Positions 42,941-54,262 of a stretch of DNA of 64,000 bases are shown here, piece by piece. The notes below the pieces were generated by a model. That model saw nothing but the letters and a program-made list of their open reading frames with translations. It had not been told where the DNA came from and did not search any database. Each line of letters starts with the position of its first letter. Position 1 is the first letter of the stretch. The DNA comes from Perkinsela sp. CCAP 1560/9 (lineage: Eukaryota > Protista > Euglenozoa: Kinetoplastea). Where the stretch lies: positions 62,001-126,000 of the forward strand of contig CBFFSA010000001.1 in assembly GCA_965644495.1 (NCBI GenBank), in the 5' to 3' direction. A program made the translations under genes and the position numbers.

Positions 42941-45373
42941 ATGAATTCCAGGGCAGGGGTAGAGCGCTATCTTGCTGAAGGCAACAGAAAGAAGCAATGC
43001 CCAGATGTGCTGATACTGTATGCTACAGAAACCGGAACGGCGCGAGAAGTGGCCATCCGGCTAGCGTTGGCGATTGCTGGTTACCAAGTACTGAACACAG
43101 GAGAAAGGGAGAGAAAAAATCCACCTTTGAGAGCTCACGTTTATTCCATCGAAAAATATTACAATTCTTTAGAATCAGTTTCTAGTGGTGCGCGTCATTT
43201 TTTTAATGCTCCTCAAGAATTTACACCGGTCATTGCTACTATTTTTATTGTCTCTACGGCTGGACAAGGTGAGCCCCCTCTTATGATGCATCGTTTTTGG
43301 CAAACATTACTCAGACGCAACTGTCCTCACTTTTGTCAGGATAACGAGTTGGGTTCGGAGTTTTCATTTGCAGTTTTTGGTCTTGGAGACTCTTCGTACG
43401 AAAAATACAACGTTATGGGGAAAATGCTTCACAATCGCCTCACTCAATTAGGAGGCAAACCTCTGTTAAATCGTGGATTAGGTGACGACATGGAGTCTGG
43501 GGGATGGGGAACATCGTTTCTCCCATGGGCAGTAAGCTTGCTAAATCTATTGTCGGATCGGTCCCAATTGAGTTATGCACCTGGAGCAAGAAAAGACTAC
43601 CATGATACACATTCGTCCGGAAAAAGTATGGCATTGCCGTTACTCCGCAGTGTACGATATCGTATCTGTGGGAAGGAGCTCGCAGAGAATGCCTTATTAA
43701 ACAGCTGTATTAACCTTGACAAAGGAAATGATTTGAGACATGAAAATGATAAATCAGGACACGGTGAGGAGCAGATTTCTAGCGCACTATCAAGTATAAG
43801 TCTCTGCGTAGAACAAAATAAGAGAATCACGACGCCAGAACACTTTCAAGACGTACGAGAGCTATCACTAAGACTGCTCCCATTTTCATGTGAAAGTGGC
43901 GTCCAAGAGGCAGGAGGCGATATTCGGTGGTACCCTACAGATGCTCTGGCAGTTTCACCTCCTAATCCACAGAGAATGGTATCACAGATATGTGAATACC
44001 TCACTTTGACCTCTGGGACCACAGTTTTGGATTTGATTGAGAAAGGGTTTAACCCCTTAAACGACGTGAAAGTCTTCATAGAAACTCTTTCGGAGCGTCT
44101 GTACGTAGCTCCATCAGAGCTGGAAGAGAATTTTCTAAACAAATGGATGGCCCTGGGTGAGTTGCTAAGCTGGTGTATGGATCTCTACGGTAGCGCTCCT
44201 CAACTCTTTCTGCTTGCTATGCGCTGCGCTAATGGACCAACACACCTTTGCGATGAATCCATTGAGAAACTGGAAGAGCTTGGAGGCCTTAACGGCGTGG
44301 AAGATTACGTTGACTACGTCCTACGCGAGCACAGGTCCGTAGTCGAGGTCTTGGAAGACTTTCCGAATGTTCGTCTACCACTAGACGTTTTTGTATCTTA
44401 CGCACTTCCGATACGGCCTCGACTTTTCTCTATTTCTTCATGCTTTCCAGGGATTAACCAAACATTCGACACACTGCACACCGCTCTTGGTGCTTTCCAA
44501 GAAGATTCACCTAATAATTTAAGGTTAAACATAACTTTTGCTGTGATTAAGTACACCACTCCGTATAAAAGGCATAGAATGGGTCATGCAACTTCTTACT
44601 TGGCAGCTCTCACACCATGCAATGAGAGTACATGTGCGTGCAAGCTTTCACATGTCGCGAACCCGGAGAGCAGAAAAGACGATTATAAGTGTTGTAGCGC
44701 ATTTCTACCACGGTGTAGTCTTCGTCGAGGCGTGTTACCTGAAACGCTTAGCCAGGATCTTACGCGTCCACTAATTCTCATAGGGCCGGGCCTAGGTATT
44801 GCTCCATGTCGTTCGCTGTACATTGAAAGGGGAAGACCCGGTATTGATAACGCTCACGACATGTTTTTATATGGATGTCGGTTTTCTTCAAAAGACTGGT
44901 TGTATAAGGATGAGATCGAATGCATTATCAACGCACGCTTCCCCAAAGACGCTTCTTGGGATCATTCTAAACGGGTTTCTAGTCTGGTGGCTTTTTCAAG
45001 GGACACACCAGGTTACAAACGCTACGTACAGCATCTAATTTCTGATCCCGAAAATCGTATACATGTTGCTAAATTTTTCACAGGAAAAAAAGATACAGGT
45101 ACAGTTGCCCCAGTACCTTCCGACACGCCTTCGTATTTGCCGCTGGGTCATCATATAGTGGACCTTATCATTAAGCGCCAAGCAGTAGTATTTATCTCGG
45201 GGAATGCCAAGAATATGCCGCGCGATGTAACGAATGCCTTGACAAGGGTTTTATACGAGTATGCGACCGACAAAAATGTCGGACCTTTGCATGCTCTTCG
45301 TACAATAGAAGATGCGCGTCAATATGTGCACCGCATGCACCTCAATGGTCGATACTTTGTTGATGCTTGGTGA
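42941..45373 (+). CDS. NDOR1: NADPH-dependent diflavin oxidoreductase (NDOR1/Tah18)
   Basis: Flavodoxin motifs ILYATETGTA, STAGQGEPP, FGLGDSSYEKYN. FAD motif RPRLFSISS. NADP motifs IGPGLGIAP, YGCR, FSRD, YVQH. Terminal W and no membrane anchor. Confidence 0.88.
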   Translation: MNSRAGVERYLAEGNRKKQCPDVLILYATETGTAREVAIRLALAIAGYQVLNTGERERKNPPLRAHVYSIEKYYNSLESVSSGARHFFNAPQEFTPVIATIFIVSTAGQGEPPLMMHRFWQTLLRRNCPHFCQDNELGSEFSFAVFGLGDSSYEKYNVMGKMLHNRLTQLGGKPLLNRGLGDDMESGGWGTSFLPWAVSLLNLLSDRSQLSYAPGARKDYHDTHSSGKSMALPLLRSVRYRICGKELAENALLNSCINLDKGNDLRHENDKSGHGEEQISSALSSISLCVEQNKRITTPEHFQDVRELSLRLLPFSCESGVQEAGGDIRWYPTDALAVSPPNPQRMVSQICEYLTLTSGTTVLDLIEKGFNPLNDVKVFIETLSERLYVAPSELEENFLNKWMALGELLSWCMDLYGSAPQLFLLAMRCANGPTHLCDESIEKLEELGGLNGVEDYVDYVLREHRSVVEVLEDFPNVRLPLDVFVSYALPIRPRLFSISSCFPGINQTFDTLHTALGAFQEDSPNNLRLNITFAVIKYTTPYKRHRMGHATSYLAALTPCNESTCACKLSHVANPESRKDDYKCCSAFLPRCSLRRGVLPETLSQDLTRPLILIGPGLGIAPCRSLYIERGRPGIDNAHDMFLYGCRFSSKDWLYKDEIECIINARFPKDASWDHSKRVSSLVAFSRDTPGYKRYVQHLISDPENRIHVAKFFTGKKDTGTVAPVPSDTPSYLPLGHHIVDLIIKRQAVVFISGNAKNMPRDVTNALTRVLYEYATDKNVGPLHALRTIEDARQYVHRMHLNGRYFVDAW

Positions 45374-45425
45374 AAGAGCGCAATTAAAATATAAAAATGT
45401 ACTGTCCTCTTTTAACCTCACCCGG

Positions 45426-45700
45426 TCAGAGCCCTCGTCTCAGCGCACATAGCAAATAGAGTTGAGGTGCGGACTCCGGCGCAGGAGTCTGGAGGGTGAT
45501 GCGATGACGGCATAAAAGAATACGATAATGCCTGTAGGAAAAACGCTCCTGACTGAGCGCAACAGGGCACTCAGTTAAAATGTGACGGACCGTCTGTACT
45601 TCTCCACCGACATATGGGACACTTTTGTGTCTATGTTTGAAATGCCCCAGCGAAGGAGTTCTTACCCATCCACATCCCCAGTTTTGAGTCAAAAATAGAG
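45426..45700 (-). mobile_element. Frameshifted CCHC zinc-knuckle fragment of a HERO/NeSL-like RLE retrotransposon
   Basis: Read across frameshifts: LLRWG..CPIC..VQTVRHILTECPVALSQERFSYRH. Confidence 0.75.
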
Positions 45701-45792
45701 CGATGCTTTGTTGCGCTTCGGGTGCTAACGTCATCCCCAAGAAACAGTTCCCTTTGTCGCATATAGGGGGATGTGGTTGCCTACTAGCCGTT

Positions 45793-46965
45793 ATTGATTG
45801 ATTGATTGATTGATAAGGGTGTTTATCCCCTAGGGACGTACCCTCTCGGAGATAGCCGGGAACTATCCAAAGTTAATTGCTTTTAGCCGTGCGAGCCAGG
45901 CTATGAAAATCATAGCTTTTGCCATGCGTCACAGTTTTTAGACTGGGCATTACAGACTGCACAGCCGCCAAGCATCCAATGATTATTTGTTAGTGCGTAT
46001 TGGTATTTACCCTAGTTTCCCAATTTGTTGGTGCCGGGCAGACCCTTTCCGCGGCATTCCTCGCACCCTAGTTATTTGGCGCCTTGTTTTGTTGGTGCCG
46101 GGTGCTGGAATTGCCATTTCCAGGTTGCACGGAAACAATCTCACCCTAGTTTAGCGTCGTTTGCTTTACGACGCCGGGTGAGTTAGCTCGGGAAGCTGGG
46201 ATCGCTAATTCCCATCATGCAACGTAAGCCGAATGCCCTGATTTTGCTAATTAGTGCCATTCCATTGTACCCTTTTGTTGCACTCATCAGATAGAGGTGA
46301 ACTAAGAGCTAGCTTATATAAAGCTTCCGATGTAAAATCGGTTCGTTTCCTTCAAACGTCAGCCTTGTTTCCTGCAGAGCTATAATTTCAGTGCGTTGAC
46401 TCCTCATGAAACCTGCCGCCTGGTGCAGTCTAATAGATTTTCTTAGCGAAAACGCTTCCGTTGTTTTTAGCTTCAAAGTGTCCACATTTAGGGTACTAAC
46501 TGTAAATCCCCCCTCTCATAGCGCTCATCTTGGATGGCTGCTCTCGGTAGCCAGCTCGAGAGCAGTATTTGCGTTTCCTGTCCCGTTTGTCCTTCCTTTT
46601 CTTTCCTGAGGTACCAACTCTTCCCCTTGAAACAAGTATCCGTGAATCATTCGGAGGAAACGGGAGGAGTCGATCAGCCATTGCATCATACTTAACGAGG
46701 CGCCGGCCATCCGCAAGCAATGGTACAACAGTCCCCTCCCACAACTTCGTACGTAAATCATAAGACCTATGCCAGGTTATAGCGAAACGCCCCCCAGGGA
46801 GCAAAAGAGACTACATACGGAACAGAGCCCGCGGCCGGAGTTTAGCTACTCCCCATTCCTGCTTTGGGGGCAGGAACAGGTTTCCCCGACAACACGTGGC
46901 CAATCGGAGTTTTTCTTTGGCCGCCAACAAACCTCCGAAAGATCCGGACACCTTTCGGGGCTCTT
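45793..46965 (-). mobile_element. Internally deleted APE-type LINE derivative with (TCAA)n tail
   Basis: Remnant GFTVSTLNVDTL..IIALQETRL (AP-endonuclease N-terminus, about 46510-46310). (ATTG)5 at 45793-45812. Structured 5' leader. Confidence 0.7.
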
Positions 46966-47147
46966 TTTTAATAAAAGACATTAATAAAAAACGTTGTCAA
47001 CAAGGTACAGAACTAGCCATTATACGCGGCGGTATGAATATTTTGAATTAAAATGCAATTGTAAGAGCAAAAATAGAATTTTCTGTAAGAAATTCTTAGA
47101 TATCTATCGAATACCACGATATTTACCCGGTTTTTTTTACCCTCTTC

Positions 47148-48575
47148 ATGCATCGATCCTACGGTCGTCTGTTTTTTGCCACCGCAACGCTTCTGAAGAC
47201 CTCCGGGTCCGAGGGCTCGGACACCACACCCGATACAAACGCTCCCAAATCCCCAGACGGGGCCGAGAGCCCACCCAACCCCGCACGGGACATGAAATGC
47301 ATGACCCCCCTGTCCCTTGTAAAGGAGCTCGACAAGTTTATTGTCGGCCAGCCCGAGGCGAAACGCGCCGTCGCGATTGCGCTACGCAACCGCTGGCGTC
47401 GCCACCATGTGGAACTCGACATGCAAGAGGAAATCTCCCCGAAGAATATTTTAATGATCGGTCCCACGGGGTGTGGCAAGACGGAGATCGCGCGTCGCTT
47501 GGCGAAGCTCACCGAGGCCCCGTTTGTGAAAGTCGAGGCTACGCGATTTACGGAAGTGGGGTTCCACGGGCGTGATGTGGACACCATTATTGATGACCTG
47601 CTAAAGGCCTCGATTGCGAACGTGCGTAACCAGGTGGTGAAGAAGAACGAGGAGGTCGCGAAGGCCCGGGCTGAGGATCGGATCCTGCAAGCTCTGGCAG
47701 GGTCCACCGGGAGTTTTCGTGAACACCTCCGTACGGGGGCACTGGACGATTTGGATGTCACGCTGGACATTACGGAGAAGAAGGATGCACCGAAACAGGC
47801 TGCGGAGGGGAACATACACATTTCGCTTGACCTGCCTGGGATGGCCGCAGGGGGAAAACGGCAGCGCACAATAAAGAAGACAATGCGGATTAAGGAGGCG
47901 CTGCCTGTGGTGACGGCGGAGGAGCTGGAAAAGCTCGTGGACACGGTGGATGTGCAAAAGGAGGCTACCCGGGCGTGTGAAGAGGACGGGATTGTGGTGA
48001 TTGACGAGATTGACAAGATTGTGGTGGGACGAGACTCCTATCACGGACATCAGGCCAGCGCCGAAGGGGTCCAACAGGACTTACTTCCGCTGATTGAGGG
48101 TACTTCGGTGACGACGAAAAGTAACGTCACAGTGAAGACGGATAAGATTCTGTTTATCTGCAGCGGCGCGTTTCATGCCGTCAAGCCAAGCGATATGCTT
48201 GCCGAGCTTCAGGGCAGGCTACCTATTCGGGTGGAATTGAAGGCGCTGACCAAAGAAGACTTCTATCGCATTCTGACAACGCCGAAGCATAACCTCATCA
48301 GACAAAATATTGCAATGTTCGCAACAGAGGGTGTAACTTTGGAATTCGAGGAAAGGGCAATATGGGCCATGGCATCCATCGCGACGCAAGTGAACACGAA
48401 CCTGCAGAACATTGGTGCTCGACGGCTCTTTACAATCATGGAGCGAGTGATGGAAGACTACAGTTTCCAGGGACCGGAGCTAAAAGGTAAGAAGCTTACG
48501 ATAACTGCGGGACATGTCCAAGATGCAGTAGGAGATCTACTGAAGAAGATGGACATCACGAAGTATTTGCTCTAA
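47148..48575 (+). CDS. HSLU: Mitochondrial HslU AAA+ ATPase
   Basis: MTP..IVGQPEAKRAVAIALRNRWRR, PKNILMIGPTGCGKTEIARRLA, DEIDKI, ELQGRLPIRVEL, NIGARRL. Confidence 0.97.
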   Translation: MHRSYGRLFFATATLLKTSGSEGSDTTPDTNAPKSPDGAESPPNPARDMKCMTPLSLVKELDKFIVGQPEAKRAVAIALRNRWRRHHVELDMQEEISPKNILMIGPTGCGKTEIARRLAKLTEAPFVKVEATRFTEVGFHGRDVDTIIDDLLKASIANVRNQVVKKNEEVAKARAEDRILQALAGSTGSFREHLRTGALDDLDVTLDITEKKDAPKQAAEGNIHISLDLPGMAAGGKRQRTIKKTMRIKEALPVVTAEELEKLVDTVDVQKEATRACEEDGIVVIDEIDKIVVGRDSYHGHQASAEGVQQDLLPLIEGTSVTTKSNVTVKTDKILFICSGAFHAVKPSDMLAELQGRLPIRVELKALTKEDFYRILTTPKHNLIRQNIAMFATEGVTLEFEERAIWAMASIATQVNTNLQNIGARRLFTIMERVMEDYSFQGPELKGKKLTITAGHVQDAVGDLLKKMDITKYLL

Positions 48576-48920
48576 TGCAGGCTGATGTAGGCTCATCTTG
48601 CCGCGAAATCGATGTATAATGGTTAGTGAATATGATAATGGATGGATTGTGGACTTCACGGTCTATTATATCATCTATAAGCAGAGTGCCGTTTTGCTAT
48701 TTTTTCTGTAATATGAGTCCGAGCTGTGTTTTGAAAAACGATGCATTATCTTGACAAATGTGAAGCCTCTTAGTCCATACGTGTATAACCGAATTTGCTA
48801 TGAAGAAATATTTATGAGTTGACGTTTGACATTGATCATAAATCTATAATGATTACTCAATTGTATAACTGACTCCGGCATTTATTGTAAATTTTGGATT
48901 TTCATATAACTTTGCTGTCA

Positions 48921-51900
48921 ATGATTCCCATCGAGCAGCTTGTAGATGCCTTAAACGGTACCTTTTCTGTTGATAAAGAGATGCGTACAGCGTGTGAGGA
49001 ACGATTGGCCCACCTAACTGAAAAATCACTAGAGATATTCGGTGTTCTTCTGAATATTATCTCCATGGAGAGCTTTCCAGAGAGTACAAGACAGGCAGCA
49101 TCAGTTTACTTGAAGAACTTAGTTTTTCGAATACAACTAAGCAGTGAAACCGACGAAGAGCTACGAGCCTCATTACGTGGGCTCGAGGAAACGTTTCTTC
49201 AAGTTGTTATTAGCTGTTCCAATAGCTGTTGTCGACCCCTTCTGGAGGTACTTCGAACTTTGTTTGAATTTTTTACTCCTTCGGGGTGGTCAAAAACAGT
49301 TCCCCAAACTCTTAACTGGCTTTCTTCTCCTAATTTATCGATACTTACTCGTGCGTTGACAATTCTTCGTACAGTAGGGAAAACGTACGAGTACGCGCCC
49401 GGAAACAATGCTATTTGGGAGACATATCCACAAATGGTGCTTCCGGAGCTTCAATCACTTTTTATGAAGTTAATTTCACCAAAGAATTCTGCAGGTGAGT
49501 TAAACGGCTCGGAGCTTCAAAGTCGTTGTACTCCACTTCGAGTCTGTTGTAAAATATTGTGGTCAAGCACATGCTCTGGAATGCCGTATGAGCGTTCGGA
49601 CTCTGATCATATTTTGAGATGGCTAGAGATACTTTCCACTAGTATGACTGATATCTTGAAGCTCATTCCGCATATGGAGACGCCAGAAGACGCGTGGGGA
49701 ATACTAAAGTGGGAAACACGTATTATACACAGGTGGTTTGGCTTTTGTAGTCGGAGAAAACTTGGAAAGAAACCTGCGAAGACAGCAAGACAACGTGCCG
49801 AGAAAGATTTTTTGAATGCGTGGTACTCTAAATATGCAGAAAGATTTGCCTTGTGTTGCTTTAATCTTTGTCATGTTGATCACGCGGCAGACTTCAAAAA
49901 ATCATTTGCTCTTTCAACGGAGTATCTTTCATTGGTTGTTAATGACGCCAAATTGATGTCTTCACTTGCGAGTTACTGGAAAGAACTTATCCTTGGGCCA
50001 TTGTTTAAGGCTTTGTGTTTCACTGAAAACGATGAACACCTCTGGGTCTATGAGCCTGAGGAATACATCAATCGTATAGGTGATCTGGAACACACGATTT
50101 ATGACTCTCGAGAAGCTTCGGCTCGACTGATTAAAAACATTATCATGAAACAAATCAAGGACGGGAATCAATCATCGGTAATACAATTTCTAGGATTTCT
50201 TGGGAGCCATGCTCAAAATGAACCTCCATACACTTCTTATGGGGCAGTGCACGCGCTGGATAAATTATCTCCAGTGCTTAGTAAAGGCCCGTGTAGTAAA
50301 GCAGTTACCAATCTAGTGAAGGAGGTCGTTTTGCCTGGTTGTTTCAGCCAAGTATCGTACATTCGAAGTATTTGTTTCCCTCTAGCTTGTCGACATCTTA
50401 TGGCTTTGGGAGGAAATGAAGAGGGTACAAAAAATTTTCTTAAGACGGGTATGCAACTTTTGGATTCAGCGGAGCCGCTTCCCGTTCAAGTCCTAGCAAC
50501 TGTTGGATGGAGAAGAATTTTGCGCCGCACGGAATTACATGGCATGGTAGCGCCTTTTCTTCCCCTTCTGGTAGAAACTTCACTGCGTCTGTCTCGAGAA
50601 TTGAACAATGAAGATGCGTTAATACTTTTGGAAGCCGTAGTAGATCAATTTGGCGACCAACTCGCAGCATTTGCCGAGTACGTAACAGAAGTTCTCGTTA
50701 CTCACGGTTTACGAATGCTAGAGGAAGAACGAAGGGCAGTGCAAGATGTAGAGAATCAATCTTCTCACCAGGAAAATGTGGAAACAGCATCGGAGCTATG
50801 CGGGGCATTGGATCGCATTCTCAATGCGCTATACACTCTATGCGCATCCGTGACCGCTCATGAAGAGGTGTACAATGCGCTGCAGGGCAAGATGTTTCCT
50901 CTATTTGATAAATTACTTGCGGAAAATATGCCTGACTATCTCGAAGAAACTTTGGATCTCCTTTCCGTTCTCACCATGCACTCTAAATCTCTACTCCCCT
51001 TCATGTGGGAGCTTCTGCCTAGACTCCGCCAAATTCTTTGCGACGGGGGAACTGACTATCTACCTTCGATGCTCGCCCCTTTGGATAATTATCTTTGCTC
51101 TTCACCACAGGAATTTTGCCAACGGGGTCTAGTTAACTTCATCGTAGAGATCTGTGAGCACACTTTGGATCGTACTCAAGATTATGAGGACGAAATCGTT
51201 CTAGTAGCACCTAGCCTTTTAGAAACATTGTTACAGCACGGAGCAAACCAGAAAGAACATATAGATCATGTGCTTCCTCTTCTTCTAAATCTTGTTTTAG
51301 CGAATCTTAGACATAAAAAAGACTCAAGCACGAGACTCCACTTGAAACTCATGCATGTTATTCTGAACGCATTCTGGTTTGACTCGCATCTTTGTTTGAA
51401 TACTTTAAGTTCAAGCAACATGTTCAACGAGTTCTTTGACGCGTACGGCAGTTTTTTGGAGAAATACCACAAACGTTTGCGCAACTATGATCGAAAAGTG
51501 TCCATATTGGGATTATCAAAAGTGTTACCTCACGTAAATCCAGATATACGTGGCCGTTGTCGTACGATCATTGAAATTTTCCTCGCTCTGAATTTTGAAT
51601 CTTATGGCAAAGAGACCGACAAATCTAATTCGGAATGTCCTCCCCATGATACCTGTGAGTCTGATAGTGACGGCTATGAAAAGGATTTGATACAAGACTC
51701 AGATTTCGATAGTGATGATAGTGATATTGCACTAGAAACAAACAGTAGCGACGCAGATTCTGTTTTCTCTGATGAAGACTATGTGAGCGTAATTGACGAT
51801 GTTTGCGAAGCTCAAACTTATCTCTCTGCGCTTGAAGGTTTGCGTGTTATTCCGAACGAAAACCTTAGGAAAATGTGTGAATTTGGATTTGGGCGCCTTC

Positions 51901-51983
51901 AATCTTTAAAAAATACACAACTCAGCGCACGTCGTGAAGCGCAGTATAAACGCATGATGTTTGAGAAACATGGAAATTTGTAA
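48921..51983 (+). CDS. Importin-beta family protein (importin-7/8, Nmd5/Sxm1-like)
   Basis: IBN_N motif RQAASVYLKN; D..LW..EPEEYI; DYL..M..PLDNY; acidic C-terminal loop. Confidence 0.85.
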   Translation: MIPIEQLVDALNGTFSVDKEMRTACEERLAHLTEKSLEIFGVLLNIISMESFPESTRQAASVYLKNLVFRIQLSSETDEELRASLRGLEETFLQVVISCSNSCCRPLLEVLRTLFEFFTPSGWSKTVPQTLNWLSSPNLSILTRALTILRTVGKTYEYAPGNNAIWETYPQMVLPELQSLFMKLISPKNSAGELNGSELQSRCTPLRVCCKILWSSTCSGMPYERSDSDHILRWLEILSTSMTDILKLIPHMETPEDAWGILKWETRIIHRWFGFCSRRKLGKKPAKTARQRAEKDFLNAWYSKYAERFALCCFNLCHVDHAADFKKSFALSTEYLSLVVNDAKLMSSLASYWKELILGPLFKALCFTENDEHLWVYEPEEYINRIGDLEHTIYDSREASARLIKNIIMKQIKDGNQSSVIQFLGFLGSHAQNEPPYTSYGAVHALDKLSPVLSKGPCSKAVTNLVKEVVLPGCFSQVSYIRSICFPLACRHLMALGGNEEGTKNFLKTGMQLLDSAEPLPVQVLATVGWRRILRRTELHGMVAPFLPLLVETSLRLSRELNNEDALILLEAVVDQFGDQLAAFAEYVTEVLVTHGLRMLEEERRAVQDVENQSSHQENVETASELCGALDRILNALYTLCASVTAHEEVYNALQGKMFPLFDKLLAENMPDYLEETLDLLSVLTMHSKSLLPFMWELLPRLRQILCDGGTDYLPSMLAPLDNYLCSSPQEFCQRGLVNFIVEICEHTLDRTQDYEDEIVLVAPSLLETLLQHGANQKEHIDHVLPLLLNLVLANLRHKKDSSTRLHLKLMHVILNAFWFDSHLCLNTLSSSNMFNEFFDAYGSFLEKYHKRLRNYDRKVSILGLSKVLPHVNPDIRGRCRTIIEIFLALNFESYGKETDKSNSECPPHDTCESDSDGYEKDLIQDSDFDSDDSDIALETNSSDADSVFSDEDYVSVIDDVCEAQTYLSALEGLRVIPNENLRKMCEFGFGRLQSLKNTQLSARREAQYKRMMFEKHGNL

Positions 51984-52151
51984 TTGTTCTCAACATACAT
52001 AGACGTTTAATACATAGACGTTTAATTTAAGCGTCCCAGATTGAGCTGGATGTGCTGTAGGACAGTGTGTTAGTAAGAATATTTTTTGGTATTGAAGATC
52101 CGAATAGATTTGGTCAGGTATATCCTTATTAATCCTTCCCTACATAGTAAC

Positions 52152-52634
52152 ATGGTGGTTGAATGCAATGACATCCAATTTTCGATTCAAAGTCGCTTAC
52201 TTGGCTCATCACAAATTGGTACTATGAGAAACGATTTTTCTTCCATATCGAACATTAAACCACGTGCTAGAGAGTTATCGATGCCTAAAACAATATCTCT
52301 GGCGAATGCCGCGCTGGGCAGAATTAGGGGCGAAAAGATAATTGATGACCCAATAAAGCAGAGGAAACATCGTAGAAGAGTAAAGAATCAAAAAACAAGA
52401 AATATGAAACAAAAATTGAAAGAGGTAAAAAGCCGTGATGTAGACTCTCGGAAGGGATCAGTCAGCGGGATACAAAAAAGTAAAATACGTACCTTTCGAA
52501 TGGCTAAGCATAAAGAGCAAGATCCCAATAACATTAAAAAGAAATCGTCTAGAGGAAATCGTCATGAGAAACCAAGTAAAGCCAAACTAAAAATACGCTC
52601 GAAACGCGGGTCTGCAACGCGTCACCGTAGTTGA
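52152..52634 (+). CDS. Small basic SURF6/Rrp14-like nucleolar protein
   Basis: AALGRIRGEKIIDDP followed by a K/R-rich helix, resembling the SURF6 C-terminal motif. Confidence 0.55.
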   Translation: MVVECNDIQFSIQSRLLGSSQIGTMRNDFSSISNIKPRARELSMPKTISLANAALGRIRGEKIIDDPIKQRKHRRRVKNQKTRNMKQKLKEVKSRDVDSRKGSVSGIQKSKIRTFRMAKHKEQDPNNIKKKSSRGNRHEKPSKAKLKIRSKRGSATRHRS

Positions 52635-52801
52635 AAACTCAGATAAAACAAGGTTTAACCTGTTGTAAAAATGAGGCAGAATATTTTACTGCTTTCAGTC
52701 CTGTTCCGTCGTAAGTGTATGTCTTTTTTGCTTTAAGGGATTATGCTATTGTCCTTAACACTATCCAATCATCTTTTGTTTTCCGTTTCTACATTAGCTT
52801 C

Positions 52802-54262
52802 ATGGCGCGTGGACTTAGCCGCAGACGTTCGAAGAGTGTTGTGGCCATGCAAGGCGAAAGAAGTACAAGTCACCACTTACACAAACTCCGGAAAACTTTG
52901 ACTTCTCCTCTATTACATGAAAACACTGATATGAATGATATGAAAATTTGTATGAGCGGTGATGAAGAACTACAAGAAAATTTTGAAGTTTCTAACCTCT
53001 CTGAAGATGAGAGCGAAACTGTCGGAAACGCTGAGGTACTCACTAAATATAAGCTGTCTGGCAAGTTTGTAAATGAATGTTTGCTACATGCAGTGCAACT
53101 CTGTCAAGGGGAGGATCCTTCAACGCAGAAAATTTGCAGCACAGTTGATCAATTGCTTCTTGAAAAGTGCAATACTGTTTACACTAAGCGAAGGAGCAAT
53201 GCTAAAGATCAGTTGTACAAAGGAATTGCATTTCCCACTACTCTGAGCATCAACAACATTGCATGTAACTACAGTGTAGGTAACGAGGATCAAAAGCTGC
53301 TTCCTGGTGACTTAGTAAAGATTCATTTAAGCTGTCACATCGATGGCTACATTGCTATTGCTGCAACAACTACAGTTGTCGGAAGGGCAGGATATGAACC
53401 TAGCTTGTCTTCTACCATAATGAAGCAAACCATAATGAAAGAAGTGTTTTCTTCAGAAGGCAACTTAAAATCTCATTTGAAACACAAACTCATCTTAGCT
53501 ACCGACATTGCATGTGCGTCTGCAACGCGCTTGCTACATCCAGGAATGACTAACACTGATATTACGCGCTGCATCGAAAGTGTAGCACGTGCCTTCTCCG
53601 TGCAATGTGTTCAAGGTGTGCTGTCTCATCGTATGAAACGGTACGTCATGGATGGCCAAAAAAGTATTATTCAACGTCGAATGTTAGATTCTGACCCGAT
53701 TCAGGATGTCGAAACCTTTGATGTTTGCTGTGATCAAATCTACAATATTGACATTGCTTTTGCGCTATTTCTTGAGGATAAAATGGTGGATCCTTCTCTG
53801 TACGTTGACGGTCTTTGCGCTCTGCACCCCCACGACACTCATCGCACTACAATTTATCGCAAAAATGAAATACGTCGTCCCATACGGCTTCGTCAGGCTC
53901 GCCGCGCATTGGGAGAAATTCAACATCGCTTCTTGTGTTTTCCATTTGTAGCGGAACAAATTTTTCAAAATGAAATTGCTAAATCTTATTTCGCAGTGAA
54001 GAGTCTTGCGAAAGAGGACGTACTTGACGTTTTTCCTGTGTTAGAGGCCAAAAGAGAAGTAGTCATTGCGAGAAGTTCATGCACGGCTGCTATTACGGAA
54101 AACGCGATACATATTTTGTGCGGTGACCCTCAGTACGATTTACACGCCCTCCTTGGGAAATATACTGGAGATGGGGTTCCGCTCAATGTAAGTGAACAAG
54201 ATACCAAAATGTTGCATGGGTTTCTTTCAAGACCGCTTCATCATGAACGTAGACAAACTTAA
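52802..54262 (+). CDS. PA2G4/Ebp1/Arx1-like M24-fold protein
   Basis: VLTKYKLSG, KGIAFPT..SINN, GDLVKIHLSCHIDGY, GVLSHRMKRYVMDGQK. Confidence 0.88.
   Translation: MARGLSRRRSKSVVAMQGERSTSHHLHKLRKTLTSPLLHENTDMNDMKICMSGDEELQENFEVSNLSEDESETVGNAEVLTKYKLSGKFVNECLLHAVQLCQGEDPSTQKICSTVDQLLLEKCNTVYTKRRSNAKDQLYKGIAFPTTLSINNIACNYSVGNEDQKLLPGDLVKIHLSCHIDGYIAIAATTTVVGRAGYEPSLSSTIMKQTIMKEVFSSEGNLKSHLKHKLILATDIACASATRLLHPGMTNTDITRCIESVARAFSVQCVQGVLSHRMKRYVMDGQKSIIQRRMLDSDPIQDVETFDVCCDQIYNIDIAFALFLEDKMVDPSLYVDGLCALHPHDTHRTTIYRKNEIRRPIRLRQARRALGEIQHRFLCFPFVAEQIFQNEIAKSYFAVKSLAKEDVLDVFPVLEAKREVVIARSSCTAAITENAIHILCGDPQYDLHALLGKYTGDGVPLNVSEQDTKMLHGFLSRPLHHERRQT

Noticed and set aside
48921-54262. Operon-like ribosome-biogenesis cluster (importin, SURF6-like, PA2G4-like)
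   Set aside because: Kinetoplastid polycistrons are not functionally grouped, and adjacency is plausible by chance in a housekeeping-rich genome.
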